Program-made: the position numbers and the translations under genes | Source of the DNA: Gemmatimonadota bacterium | GTDB lineage: Bacteria; Gemmatimonadota; Gemmatimonadetes; Longimicrobiales; Gaopeijiaceae | Length of the DNA: 64,000 bases | Assembly: GCA_034521595.1 (NCBI GenBank) | Contig: JAXHMG010000003.1 | Location: forward strand, 1,440,001-1,504,000 | Direction of reading: 5' to 3' | The notes under the pieces: model-generated | Databases searched by the model: none | What the model was told of the DNA's origin: nothing | Seen by the model: only the letters and a program-made list of their open reading frames with translations | Shown: positions 29,760 through 39,920 of the stretch, in pieces | How positions within the stretch are numbered: the first letter of the stretch is position 1 | Layout of the letters: every line of letters begins with the position of its first letter

Positions 29760-32198
29760 TCAAGCCTCCTGCTCGATCCGTTTCGCCAGCGGTCGGTACA
29801 TCAGGCCGTAGAACATCTCCAGGTAACGCCTCGGCTCGTCGCGCTCGAGCGAGGAGATGTACTTCCAGAACCCGTAGATACGCGACAGCTCGAGGAGACG
29901 AGAGGCGTAGAGCGGCCAATTGTACCGCTCCCGGACCCGCTCGATCCCGTTCACGGAGATGCGATCCCACTCGTCCGGATCGTCCGCGAACGTGGCGAGG
30001 ACCTCGGCCATGCGTGCCGTGCTCTGTTCCCAGAGCGTGGGGTCGAGGTGGTATCCGCTCTCCCCGTCCTCCACGATCTCGGAGGGGCCCCCGAAGCACG
30101 TCGCGAAGACGGGAAGCCCGGAGCTCATGGCCTCGACGACGGTGAGCCCGAATCCTTCGAACATCGCGGGCTGGACGAACGCGCCCCGCGTATCGGCCAC
30201 GACCCGGTAGAACTCACCCACGCGGTTCTTGTCCGTTTCCATCTCGAGCCAGCGCACGCACCCGTCGAGCCCGAGCTCGTCCATGAGCGCGTGCATCCGG
30301 GCGATCTGCCGCCGCTCGCCCGCGTCCGAGGACCGCTCCTCGTCCAACGTCCCCCCGACGAGGAGCAGGTTCGCCCGCTCACGCAGGGCCTCCGAGCGAC
30401 CGAACGCCTCGAGCAGCCCCGTCATGTTCTTCACCTCGTCGAGCCGGGACATGGCGAACAGGAGGGGACGGTCGGGATCTTCGAAGGTCCCCCGCGACGG
30501 GCCCGTGGGAGACCCGAAGATCTCGGTCCGGATCACCTCCGTGAGCGGCGACTCGTCACGGTTCCCTTCCCAGTACGGGTAGAAGACCTCGGGATTCGCG
30601 CCCGGCGACACGATGTTGAACTTGGGGTCGAAACAGTCGATGCCCGAAACGACCCGGTACAGGCCCGGCATCGTGAACGACTGATAGCTCTCGTACTGGC
30701 CCACGCTCTCGTTGGTGCCCGCGATCTCCTGGTACGTGCTCGTGATGATGAAGTCCGCGGTGTTCATCGAGATCACGTCGGCCGTGAACTGGCAGGCGAA
30801 GTGGTGCTCGTCCTCGTGCTCCGTCCAGAAGAGGTCCGAGTTCTCGTATTTCGTCTTCTCGAGCGCGTGGGCGATGTTGCACTGGGTCACGTCCAGACGG
30901 TGGGAGAGGACGGTCGCGACCAGATTACCGTCGGAGTAGTTCCCGATGATCATGTCCGGGCGCCCGCCGAGCTCGGCGAGCAGCTCACGCTCAGCGTCGA
31001 CGGCGAAACGCTCGAGATAGGGCCAGATGCGGAAGCGCGAGACCCAAGGGCGCACTACATCTCCTTCCTGGGTTCGGAAGGGCACGCGTAGAATCCGTGC
31101 GTTCTCGGTACCGAGGATCCGCTCCATCCGGAGATCGCAAGTGGTGTCGCCGGCGTCGGGGATGAGTCGCGACAACACGACGATCTCGGGTTCGACGTCG
31201 AGCCCTTGCTCGTACAAGGAGGCCCGCATCGCGTCCTCCAGGGCTCGCACCTGGTCCAGGATATAGACGACCTGCCCACCCGTATCGGGCTTGCCGAGCA
31301 CGTTCGCCTGGCCGAAGTATCCGTGCGGGGAAACGATCGCGATCGACGTGATCATCGGCACCCGTGCCAGGAAATCCTGGAGATGCCGGGGGTCCGGCGC
31401 TTCGAGGATGTCGAGCAGGAGCTCCATGGTTTCCCGCGCCCGCTCCGCGGTCCGTCCCCACCCCGGCTCGAAGCCCAGCCGTCGCAGCTCTTTCCCCCAC
31501 CGCGCGCGCTCCGCATCCCCGGTTTCTTTTCCGAGGAGATCCACGGCGTTCCGGAGCGCCGTCCTGAGGTCCTCCGTGGACTCGATGGTCCCGTTCAACA
31601 TCAGCGGCTGGTCGCCCAAGGAGTGCACGCGCAGGAAGTCCACCAGCCGGGCGAGGCCTTCCCGCTCCGGAGGACGCATGCCCGGTGCGGGCCTGCTGGT
31701 TTTCGTGCGCCGTTCCTCGAAGAGCCGGCCCGAGAGGTAGCGGTTCAGGTGCTCCACCCCACGTCCGATCGATCTCGGTCGGCTGAGACGAGGGAACTTG
31801 CGCTCGAACGGCTCCAGGTCGATCTCGAGCACGAAGCGGTCTTCGCCACGCTCTCCGGTCACGAGGCGTTCCTTCACGTCCAGGTATTCCGACACCGAGA
31901 TCTCGGCGCACCGCATCTCTTCGGAGTTCACCTGCAGATATCGCCACTGGGCGACCCGCTCCCGAACGCTCAGATACAGCATGGAGTCCCGCACCACCGC
32001 CTCCTGCGTGCAGGCGATCAGCCGGTCCAGGTTGGGATCGTCCAGCTGGGCTCCAACCGCCGTCTCGCGGAAATCCGAGTACGCATGGTGCAAGTCCACG
32101 CCGCTCAGGAAGCGCTCGCCGAGGGCGCGCACCCGCTGCAGGAAGTAGTAGATGGGCTCCCGATGTCGAACCAGGAGGTCGGACAGGTCTTCGATCAC
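29760..32198 (-). CDS. Sucrose synthase (GT4)
   Basis: SPHGYFGQANVLGKPDTGGQVVYILDQVRALE, IGNYSDGNLVA, AHALEKTKY, FDPKFNIVSPG; GTG start overlapping the upstream stop. Confidence 0.93.
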   Translation of the reverse strand: MIEDLSDLLVRHREPIYYFLQRVRALGERFLSGVDLHHAYSDFRETAVGAQLDDPNLDRLIACTQEAVVRDSMLYLSVRERVAQWRYLQVNSEEMRCAEISVSEYLDVKERLVTGERGEDRFVLEIDLEPFERKFPRLSRPRSIGRGVEHLNRYLSGRLFEERRTKTSRPAPGMRPPEREGLARLVDFLRVHSLGDQPLMLNGTIESTEDLRTALRNAVDLLGKETGDAERARWGKELRRLGFEPGWGRTAERARETMELLLDILEAPDPRHLQDFLARVPMITSIAIVSPHGYFGQANVLGKPDTGGQVVYILDQVRALEDAMRASLYEQGLDVEPEIVVLSRLIPDAGDTTCDLRMERILGTENARILRVPFRTQEGDVVRPWVSRFRIWPYLERFAVDAERELLAELGGRPDMIIGNYSDGNLVATVLSHRLDVTQCNIAHALEKTKYENSDLFWTEHEDEHHFACQFTADVISMNTADFIITSTYQEIAGTNESVGQYESYQSFTMPGLYRVVSGIDCFDPKFNIVSPGANPEVFYPYWEGNRDESPLTEVIRTEIFGSPTGPSRGTFEDPDRPLLFAMSRLDEVKNMTGLLEAFGRSEALRERANLLLVGGTLDEERSSDAGERRQIARMHALMDELGLDGCVRWLEMETDKNRVGEFYRVVADTRGAFVQPAMFEGFGLTVVEAMSSGLPVFATCFGGPSEIVEDGESGYHLDPTLWEQSTARMAEVLATFADDPDEWDRISVNGIERVRERYNWPLYASRLLELSRIYGFWKYISSLERDEPRRYLEMFYGLMYRPLAKRIEQEA

Positions 32199-35100
32199 GC
32201 GTCTTCCTCCGGGTCGGGGCGTATGGCTCCGAAGAAGTCGTAGTGCTCGATGCCCTCGAGGATGCCGCGGGCATGGGGTCGGCTCGCGAAGTACACGCGG
32301 TAGTGGCCCTTCAGCTCCTCGAGCTCTTCGGTGTGGTTGGCCACGACCACCCCCAGGGTGTCGCCCGTCAACATATCGGCGTCGTTTCCGGAGTCCCCGG
32401 CCACGAGGAGACGTTCGGGCGGCAGATCCCACTTGAAGCAGAGGAAGCGAATGGCCATGCCCGGCGAAGCACGGACCGGAATCACGTCGAGGTACCGGTC
32501 GTGGTCGAGGATCGTCGTGGCCCGCACCCCCTCCTTACGCAGCGCCCTCCGCACGTCGGAAGCCGCTGGACCGGTCTCGGGATCGGACCAGTAACGGATC
32601 CGATGCGGGGTCTGGTGCTCGTCGTCGTCGAGCCGCAGACCGTCGAGGCTCGAAAGCACCTTCCGGATCCGCCCCGGCTCCCAACGATAATGGATCTGGC
32701 GCTCCCACGAGCGGTCTCGGATGAGTCGGTCCCCGTAGTGGAGCTGGGTGCCGGTCCCGGTGATGAGCACGTCGGGAACCGGGACTCCGAGGCGGTCGAT
32801 CATCTGGAGCGCCTGGTCCAACGTCCGGCCCGTCGCGATCCCGAACCCGATGCTCGGTCCGGCGTCCACCAATCGCTCGATGAAGCGGCGCAGCCCGTCC
32901 TCGTCGCCCGTGAGGGTATTGTCGATGTCGGTCACCACGAGCCGGTCGAGCACGGGCATGCGGCCCGCCCCCGCGTGGCGCCCGCTCGGACGGCCGCCGC
33001 TCACGGCCTGGCGGAGCTGCTTCAAATACCGTTCCGCGTGGGCCGACCACGAAAAGTGCTCGTGGACCTTCTCGATCCCTCCAGCCGCCCACCGTCTCCA
33101 CCGGTCCCGGTCGGCCAACGCCGCTTCGAGACCCCGCGCGATCTCGCTCGGCTCGGTCGCGTCGACCAGCAGCCCGTTCTCGCAAGCCGAGAGGATGTCC
33201 CTCGGCCCTCCGTCATCCGTGGCCACGATCGGCACGCCGGTGGCGGCCGCCTCCAGAAGGGTCAAGCCGAACGGCTCGGTGAACGCGGGGTTCACGAACA
33301 CGCCGCCCGTCCGCGCGGCCAGCCGGTACATGTCCGGCACGTCGGCGGACCCGTGCTCTTTGGGATACGCCACGGAGCCGTACAGATCGTAGCGGTCGAT
33401 GAGGATGAGCATGCGTGTGAGGACCGCGCGGGCGTTCTTGGAGAGCTCACGGATGTCCTCGCGATTTCCGGCGATGAGCACGAGGTTCGCCCACTTTCGC
33501 AGCTTCTCGCTCCTGCCGTACGCGCGGATCAGCCCCTCGAAGTTCTTGCGCTCGTCTGGGCGGGCTATGGCCAGGATCATCGGCCGGCCCGGCTCCCGCA
33601 GGAACCGCTCCAGATCGTCGGCGATGGGCGGTGGCCTCCAGTCGGGATCGGCGGGAGCGTAGCGCTCGAGATCCACGCCGGGAGGGATCACTTGCATCCC
33701 CTCGGGATGGTAATTGTCGTAGAGCTGGTATTGGTCTTGGACTTCCTGGTTCGTGCTCGCGATCACGACCGTCGCGGATTCCAGGGCCCGTTCCTCGGCC
33801 TCGATGCGCTCGGGAAAGTGGTACCGCTCGTCGAGCTTGGCCGCGTCCTTTCCGCCGGCCAACAACCGGGCACGCTTGACCCGCCCCAGGGAGTGCCCCG
33901 TGAAGAAGAACGGCACGCCGAGCAGCTGCGAGAGCCTCGAGCCCACGTAGCCCGCGTCGGCGTAGTGGCCATGGATCAGATCGGGGATGCGGCCGGTGCT
34001 CCGCACGTGCCGGATCAGCTCGTCCAGCAGGCTGTCGAGGTGCGGCCAGAGGGATTCCTTGCGCAGATACCGTTTGGGACCGAAGGGCAGCCGCACGATG
34101 CGTGCGCCGTGGGAGAGCGGTTCTTCGGGCACCGCGTACTGCCGGTCCACGCGCCGGTCGAAGATCTGCCGCGTCACGACCTCGACACGCTCGACATCCG
34201 GATGCGCCGCGAGAGCGCGAGCCTCGTCGACCACGTAAGACACCTGCCCGCCCGTATCCGGATCCCGGCCGAGCTCGATGTCTTTGCCGCGCACCAGGCC
34301 GTGCACGCTCAGGGACATGATATGGAGCCCGCGCCGACCTTCTCCTTCGTCGTCCCCGGGCGCGCCACTCTCGCTCCACGCGCGCAGGTGCCGTTCGTAC
34401 AGCGACGGGTCACCGGTCGTCGCTCCGCGGATTCTGCAGATGTCGGAAGCGAAGCGGGTCGCGCGATCCAGCGTGACGCGGGCACCCCAGCCGCCGAGGA
34501 TGCCCATGCCCAGGACGGCACCGAAGGCGTCTCCCGCTCCGACGGTGTCGACCACCTCGGTGACGACGGGGTCCTCGCCAACGTCCAGCGCTCCGTCCTT
34601 CGTGACGCAGATCGCCCCCTCGCTTCCCCGCGTCACGACGACGCGGTGGATGTCGTAGCGGTCGCCAACATCACGCGCGGCGGCCTCGCATTCCTCGAGG
34701 GTGCCCGTAGGCTTCCCGGTCACCTCACCGAGCTCGACCTCGTTGAGCTTGAGCCAGCGGGCTCGTTCCATGGCCGCCCGAACGTTCTCCGGAGTCGACC
34801 ACGGCTCGCGTAGATTGATGTCGACCAGCGCCGACACGCCCCGGTCCAGGAGCTGCTGGAGCGCCGCGCGGCTCGTCTCCGAGCGCATGGCGAGCGTTCC
34901 GTGGTACAGGAATCGAACCGCCTCGGGGAGGGCTTCGAGGGCGGTGTCACCGTTGATGAAATCCCACGCCTGACCGGGCTCGATGGTATAGGAGTTCTCA
35001 CCGTCCGCGATCTCCACGTCCACGCGCCCGGTCCGCCGCTCCCCGTGGACCTGGACCCCTTTCCTCGACAGGCCCCATTCCTCCATGCGCTGGAGCACGT

Positions 35101-35290
35101 CGTGGCCCGGCTTGTCGAAGCCGACCGCACTCAAAAATGCCGGATCCGCTCCGAAGCCTCGAAGGTGCCACGCAACGTTGAAGGGCGCACCGCCGAGCAC
35201 GCGCGTGCCGTCCGGGAACTCGTCGAAGAGGACTTCGCCGAACACGGCCGGGCGTCCACGCGCGAGAGGGATCCGATGGGGTCCGATCAA
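32195..35290 (-). CDS. Fusion of PfkB fructokinase, sucrose-phosphate synthase (GT4) and HAD sucrose-phosphatase-like domain
   Basis: GGAPFNVA...DTVGAGDAF (PfkB); HGLVRG...ELGRDPDTGGQV...EPFGLTLLEA (SPS); TDIDNT...GDSGND (HAD-IIB); one 1031-aa frame. Confidence 0.9.
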   Translation of the reverse strand: MIGPHRIPLARGRPAVFGEVLFDEFPDGTRVLGGAPFNVAWHLRGFGADPAFLSAVGFDKPGHDVLQRMEEWGLSRKGVQVHGERRTGRVDVEIADGENSYTIEPGQAWDFINGDTALEALPEAVRFLYHGTLAMRSETSRAALQQLLDRGVSALVDINLREPWSTPENVRAAMERARWLKLNEVELGEVTGKPTGTLEECEAAARDVGDRYDIHRVVVTRGSEGAICVTKDGALDVGEDPVVTEVVDTVGAGDAFGAVLGMGILGGWGARVTLDRATRFASDICRIRGATTGDPSLYERHLRAWSESGAPGDDEGEGRRGLHIMSLSVHGLVRGKDIELGRDPDTGGQVSYVVDEARALAAHPDVERVEVVTRQIFDRRVDRQYAVPEEPLSHGARIVRLPFGPKRYLRKESLWPHLDSLLDELIRHVRSTGRIPDLIHGHYADAGYVGSRLSQLLGVPFFFTGHSLGRVKRARLLAGGKDAAKLDERYHFPERIEAEERALESATVVIASTNQEVQDQYQLYDNYHPEGMQVIPPGVDLERYAPADPDWRPPPIADDLERFLREPGRPMILAIARPDERKNFEGLIRAYGRSEKLRKWANLVLIAGNREDIRELSKNARAVLTRMLILIDRYDLYGSVAYPKEHGSADVPDMYRLAARTGGVFVNPAFTEPFGLTLLEAAATGVPIVATDDGGPRDILSACENGLLVDATEPSEIARGLEAALADRDRWRRWAAGGIEKVHEHFSWSAHAERYLKQLRQAVSGGRPSGRHAGAGRMPVLDRLVVTDIDNTLTGDEDGLRRFIERLVDAGPSIGFGIATGRTLDQALQMIDRLGVPVPDVLITGTGTQLHYGDRLIRDRSWERQIHYRWEPGRIRKVLSSLDGLRLDDDEHQTPHRIRYWSDPETGPAASDVRRALRKEGVRATTILDHDRYLDVIPVRASPGMAIRFLCFKWDLPPERLLVAGDSGNDADMLTGDTLGVVVANHTEELEELKGHYRVYFASRPHARGILEGIEHYDFFGAIRPDPEEDA

Positions 35291-35460
35291 GCGCGCACCC
35301 TCGAAGCTGGCTCGTTGAGAGATTAGAATTCTCCGGCTTACAATGGCCGCGACCCGCAGGGCCGCGTTTCGTTATGATGGTAGGCCCTTCGGCCGGAAAT
35401 TCCACCCCGGTATCCGAACCTCCCGAGCGAAGAGCCCGAAGCTTGACCTCGACGCCCCGC

Positions 35461-36249
35461 ATGCTGGCCTCCGACCTCGACGGCACGCTCATCCCTCCGA
35501 CCGCCGACCCGGAGCGGCTCGAGGAGATCCGAAGCTTTCAGGAGGCGCTGGCGGCGCGTCCCCTCGACCTCGCGTACGTGACCGGGCGCGATCACGCCCT
35601 CGCCCTCCGGGGCGTGGAGCGTCTCGGGCTCCCGATGCCCGGCGTTTTGGTATGCAACGTAGGCACGAGCATCTACGTCCGCCGGCCGCACGGGCCCGAC
35701 TACGTGCTCGACGAGGACTACCGCCGCCGCATGCGGGCCGCGCTGGGCGGGGCCGACCGCGATGACCTCGTCGCGGGGGTCGGCACCATCGCCGGCCTCG
35801 AGCTCCAGGAAGCCCGCAAGCAAGCGGAGTTCAAGGTCAGCTATTACGTCGACGAGGAGCGGATCGAGGAGGTGCGCGAGGCCGTGGCGCGGCGCCTCGA
35901 GGCGTTCCCGATCCCCCCGAAGCTCGTCTGGAGCCACGACCCCCACTCCGGACGCATGCTCCTCGATCTGCTCCCGCGAGGCGTGGCCAAGCACGTCGCC
36001 CTCGAGCACCTGCGCGAACAGGGCGGATACGCCATGGAGGAGATCGTCTACGCCGGCGATTCCGGGAACGACTTCGACGCCTTTCTCAGCGGCCACCCCG
36101 CGATCGTCGTCGCCAACGCTCCCGACGCACTGAAGCGCGAGGTCCGAGAGGGAGCCCGCGCGGCGGATGTCCTGGATCGCGTGTACTTCGCCGAATCCCC
36201 GTTCGCGGCAGGGGTTCTGGAAGGGTGCCGCCACTTCGGCGCCCTCTGA
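35461..36249 (+). CDS. HAD-IIB sucrose-phosphate phosphatase-like hydrolase
   Basis: ASDLDGT, YVTGR, KVSYY, DLLPRGVAK, GDSGND; divergent from the SPS fusion; in-frame TTG at 35443 is an alternative start. Confidence 0.85.
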   Translation: MLASDLDGTLIPPTADPERLEEIRSFQEALAARPLDLAYVTGRDHALALRGVERLGLPMPGVLVCNVGTSIYVRRPHGPDYVLDEDYRRRMRAALGGADRDDLVAGVGTIAGLELQEARKQAEFKVSYYVDEERIEEVREAVARRLEAFPIPPKLVWSHDPHSGRMLLDLLPRGVAKHVALEHLREQGGYAMEEIVYAGDSGNDFDAFLSGHPAIVVANAPDALKREVREGARAADVLDRVYFAESPFAAGVLEGCRHFGAL

Positions 36250-36273
36250 ACCGTTCCCCTGAAGTGCGAGCCC

Positions 36274-36705
36274 TCAGCCCTTACCGGAGATATACGCCAT
36301 CAGGTGCCTGTTGGTCGCCTCGGTCTCGGAGCGCAGATTGTGCACCACGTCGCCAATGGAAACGATTCCCGCGAGACGTCCCCGGGCCACGACCGGGAGG
36401 TGACGTACCTTGTGGTCCGTCATCAGGTGCATAACCTCGTCGAGATTCGCGTCCGGATGGGTGGTCACGACCGATCGCGTCATAACGGTCCAGGTGGGCG
36501 TGTCGGCCAGCGCCTCGGGATCCCCCGCGACCAGGCGCAGGATGTCCCGCTCCGAAAGGATGCCCACGAGCTGGCCGCCCCCCACCACGACCGTCGCGCC
36601 GATGTTGTGCTCGATGAGGGTCCGAACGACTTCGAGGACCGTGCAGTCGGGGCCGACGGAGACGACGTCGGAGCCCTTCGACCGCAAAACGTCGGAGATA
36701 CGCAT
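36274..36705 (-). CDS. CBS-domain protein
   Basis: GILSERD, RHLPVV, GIVSIGDVV. Confidence 0.9.
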   Translation of the reverse strand: MRISDVLRSKGSDVVSVGPDCTVLEVVRTLIEHNIGATVVVGGGQLVGILSERDILRLVAGDPEALADTPTWTVMTRSVVTTHPDANLDEVMHLMTDHKVRHLPVVARGRLAGIVSIGDVVHNLRSETEATNRHLMAYISGKG

Positions 36706-36783
36706 CTGACCTTCCTCCCTCCGGGGGTCACGCTCGTCAACATACGCCCCCCCGCGCGCTTCCGAAAGCAGCCGACCCGGCGC

Positions 36784-37989
36784 TCAGCGGGCCACCCGGT
36801 TCCGTCCCGCCCGCTTCGCCCGGTAGAGCGCCTTGTCCGCTTTCCCGAGCACCGCCTCCGGCGTCACGCCGGAAGAAGCCTTGGAGTCCGCCATGCCGAT
36901 GCTCACCGTCACCGAGAGGGGGCGCGAGCCCTTGGCCGCGCCTCGGCGCTTCTTGCCGGCCTTCTCGGTCGCCGGGCGGGTCCACCCCCGGAGCGAGAAG
37001 CGCGCCGCCGCCACCGAGGCGCGCACCGCGTCCAGGTGGGGCGCGGCCGCGTCCCGCGAAAGGCCGCGGTAGAGGAGCGTGAACTCTTCACCGCCGTACC
37101 GGTAGGCCTTGCCGCCCCCCGGGGCGCGGGCGAGCCGACTCGCGACGAGGCGCAATACCTGGTCTCCGACATCGTGTCCGTGACGGTCGTTGAACCTCTT
37201 GAAGTGATCCACGTCGACCATGGCCAGCGTGTAGGTCCCCTTGAGTCCGTCGAGGTCCCGCAGAAGCGAGCGCCGGGCGGGTAGCCCCGTGAGCTCGTCC
37301 CGGTACGCCATGGCGTAGGACGTCTCGAGCACGCCGAGCCCGAAGGTCAACACGGCCCCCGACCACAGCAGAGCGACCGCGCCGGGTTCCGTGACGGGCC
37401 CCGTGGTCGGGAGCAACAGGAGGAGCGCCCAGACCGCGCCCCGCTCCACGGGTCCACCCCGCCGGTACACGGCCCAGGCCAACGCGAGGGCAGCGATCCC
37501 CATCGCCACCACGGCCCCGACCGAGACTCCGGTGACCCGCTCGATCCACGGACCGGACGAGCCGGCGAGGAGCCAGTCCTGGAGCCGTGCCGTTCGGAAC
37601 CGTGCCAGAGCTACCCACGTGGCGGCCAGCGCTCCGAGGCCCGTGAGCTGGGCGAGCCCGCCCGGCGACGTCACTCCGCGATCCCGCAGGACAGCGGCGA
37701 GCGCCGCCAGAATCACGAGCCCGATCCCGAGCGACGCGATCGCGTCGGATTCGACGACCTCGATCCGAAGTGCCCCGTGCACGACGGCGGCGGCCACGAC
37801 GAGCGAGAGCACCCGGCTGCGGTGGAACAGGACCGCCAGCCCCCCGGAAAGAACGTAGACGAGGGGCGCGTAGCGCCGCGTGATGGTGGGGACGAGATCC
37901 TCGCTTCCGGTGGGGAACGTAACGAGGAGCCAGCCGGTGACTGCGACGACCGCGCCACCGGGGAGCAACCACCGTATGAAGGATTTCAC
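36784..37989 (-). CDS. Membrane diguanylate cyclase (GGDEF)
   Basis: Multiple TM segments; DELTGL, DVDHFKRFNDRHGHDVGD, RYGGEEF. Confidence 0.9.
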   Translation of the reverse strand: MKSFIRWLLPGGAVVAVTGWLLVTFPTGSEDLVPTITRRYAPLVYVLSGGLAVLFHRSRVLSLVVAAAVVHGALRIEVVESDAIASLGIGLVILAALAAVLRDRGVTSPGGLAQLTGLGALAATWVALARFRTARLQDWLLAGSSGPWIERVTGVSVGAVVAMGIAALALAWAVYRRGGPVERGAVWALLLLLPTTGPVTEPGAVALLWSGAVLTFGLGVLETSYAMAYRDELTGLPARRSLLRDLDGLKGTYTLAMVDVDHFKRFNDRHGHDVGDQVLRLVASRLARAPGGGKAYRYGGEEFTLLYRGLSRDAAAPHLDAVRASVAAARFSLRGWTRPATEKAGKKRRGAAKGSRPLSVTVSIGMADSKASSGVTPEAVLGKADKALYRAKRAGRNRVAR

Positions 37990-38160
37990 GAGGTGGCTTC
38001 AACTCCTTGGCAGCCCGTGGTGAGATTCCGTTAGCAGCCCGTGGTAGCCCCACGGGGGCGGCGCCCGATCCGTCTGCGCGGGAAGCGGGAAGCTTGGGCT
38101 CGACGCCTCGGGCGTCAACGCGCATACTGGAGCGGCCCCGATCCTCCCGCTCCGAGCCCG

Positions 38161-38796
38161 TTGCGCGACCTCGTCCTGTTCTTCGTTTCCCTCTTCTCCG
38201 TGGTGAACCCGTTGGCGGTGATTCCGACCTTCGTCGGTTTCACGCAAGGGGCTTCCCGCTTCGACCGTCGGAAGATCAGCCGTCGGGCCTCGATCGCCGT
38301 CTTCCTGATCCTGACCACGTCGTATCTGGCGGGCGAGGCCGTTCTCCAGTTCTTCTCCATCAGCGTGGCGTCCCTCCGCGTGGCCGGAGGAATCCTGATC
38401 TTCGGCATGGCGTGGTCCATGCTGCAAGCGACCGTGAGCCGCGCGAAACAGACCCGCGAAGAAGCGATGGAAGCGAGCGAGCGTGACAGCATCGCGGTGG
38501 TCCCGCTGGCCATGCCCCTGCTCGCCGGTCCCGGCGCGATCAGTCTCATGATCATCGTCGCGGGCCGCACGGACGAACTCCTCAACCACGGGCTCGTCCT
38601 GCTCGGCACGGCCGTCGTGGCGCTCATCACCTGGGGCCTGATGCTCGTCGCGGGACCGATCACGAAGGCGCTCGGCCGTACCGGCCTCAACGTCGCGACC
38701 CGGTTCATGGGGCTCATTTTGGCAGCCATCGCCGTGGAGTTCATCTCGTCGGGGCTGCTCGAGATCTTCCCGGGTTGGGGGATCGCCGGGCCATGA
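38161..38796 (+). CDS. MarC-family membrane protein
   Basis: LFSVVNPLAVIP, RVAGGILIF, VPLAMPLLAGPGAI; TTG start inferred. Confidence 0.88.
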   Translation: MRDLVLFFVSLFSVVNPLAVIPTFVGFTQGASRFDRRKISRRASIAVFLILTTSYLAGEAVLQFFSISVASLRVAGGILIFGMAWSMLQATVSRAKQTREEAMEASERDSIAVVPLAMPLLAGPGAISLMIIVAGRTDELLNHGLVLLGTAVVALITWGLMLVAGPITKALGRTGLNVATRFMGLILAAIAVEFISSGLLEIFPGWGIAGP

Positions 38797-38896
38797 GGCA
38801 CCGTCGGGAACCCCGAACCGTCACGGGTGTTGATACCGTGAACGCGACCGTGCCCCTTCCAACCGCTCGACTCAAGCGCCGCGCGGGAGTTATGCC

Positions 38897-39856
38897 ATGA
38901 TCATCCGCCGTCCACCCAAAGTCCCGTCCTCGGAGATCACCCCCGAGCACGTGTACGTGAACCGCCGGAAGTTCATCAAGGCCGCCGCCTTGGGCGCGGC
39001 CGGACTGGCGATGGAACCGGACGCGTTGAGCGGCATGATCCGTCCGCGGCAGGAGCAGGAGATCCCCGAGCGCTTCCGGAACATGACCTCGGAGCTCGAC
39101 GAGGAGCTCAACTCGTACGAAGCGATCACGACGTACAACAACTTCTACGAGTTCGGCACGGACAAGAAGGACCCGCACAGGAACTCGGGTGACTTCCGTC
39201 CGCGCCCGTGGACGGTCCGGATCGAAGGGCACGTCAACAAGCCCGGCGACTACCACCTCGACGACCTCCTCGCCCCCCACACCATGGAGGACCGCGTCTA
39301 CCGCCTCCGCTGCGTGGAAGCGTGGTCGATGGTGATCCCGTGGAGAGGCTTCCCCCTGGCCGACCTCATCAAGCGGGTCGAGCCCACAGGCAACGCGAAG
39401 TTCATCGAGTTCCGGACGGTGATGCGTCCTTCGGAGATGCCGGCGCAGCGCACGAACGTGCTGGACTGGCCGTACGTGGAAGGCCTCCGCATGGACGAGG
39501 CGATGCATCCGCTCACCCTCATGGTCACCGGTGTGTACGGACTCGACATCCCCAACCAGAACGGGGCCCCGCTCCGCCTGATTGTCCCGTGGAAGTACGG
39601 GTTCAAGGGCATCAAGTCGATCGACCGCATCCGCTTCGTCGAAGAGATGCCGCTGAACACCTGGAAAGCGCAGAACTCGCACGAATACGGGTTTTACGCC
39701 AACGTCAACCCGAACGTGGACCATCCACGCTGGAGTCAGGCTCGTGAGCGCCGCCTCCCGGGGCTCTTCAAGAACCACGAGACCCTCATGTTCAACGGGT
39801 ACGCGGACGAGGTGGAGCACCTCTACGCCGGCATGGACCTGACCCGCTGGTACTGA
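38897..39856 (+). CDS. msrP: Methionine sulfoxide reductase catalytic subunit MsrP
   Basis: SSEITPE, Tat motif [37 protein letters not shown]. Confidence 0.95.
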   Translation: MIIRRPPKVPSSEITPEHVYVNRRKFIKAAALGAAGLAMEPDALSGMIRPRQEQEIPERFRNMTSELDEELNSYEAITTYNNFYEFGTDKKDPHRNSGDFRPRPWTVRIEGHVNKPGDYHLDDLLAPHTMEDRVYRLRCVEAWSMVIPWRGFPLADLIKRVEPTGNAKFIEFRTVMRPSEMPAQRTNVLDWPYVEGLRMDEAMHPLTLMVTGVYGLDIPNQNGAPLRLIVPWKYGFKGIKSIDRIRFVEEMPLNTWKAQNSHEYGFYANVNPNVDHPRWSQARERRLPGLFKNHETLMFNGYADEVEHLYAGMDLTRWY

Positions 39857-39920
39857 TTCCGGCTTCCGATCCGTCACGGAGCGTGACCGTCACGGAACAC
39901 CGCTTGGAGCGGCACGAGGG

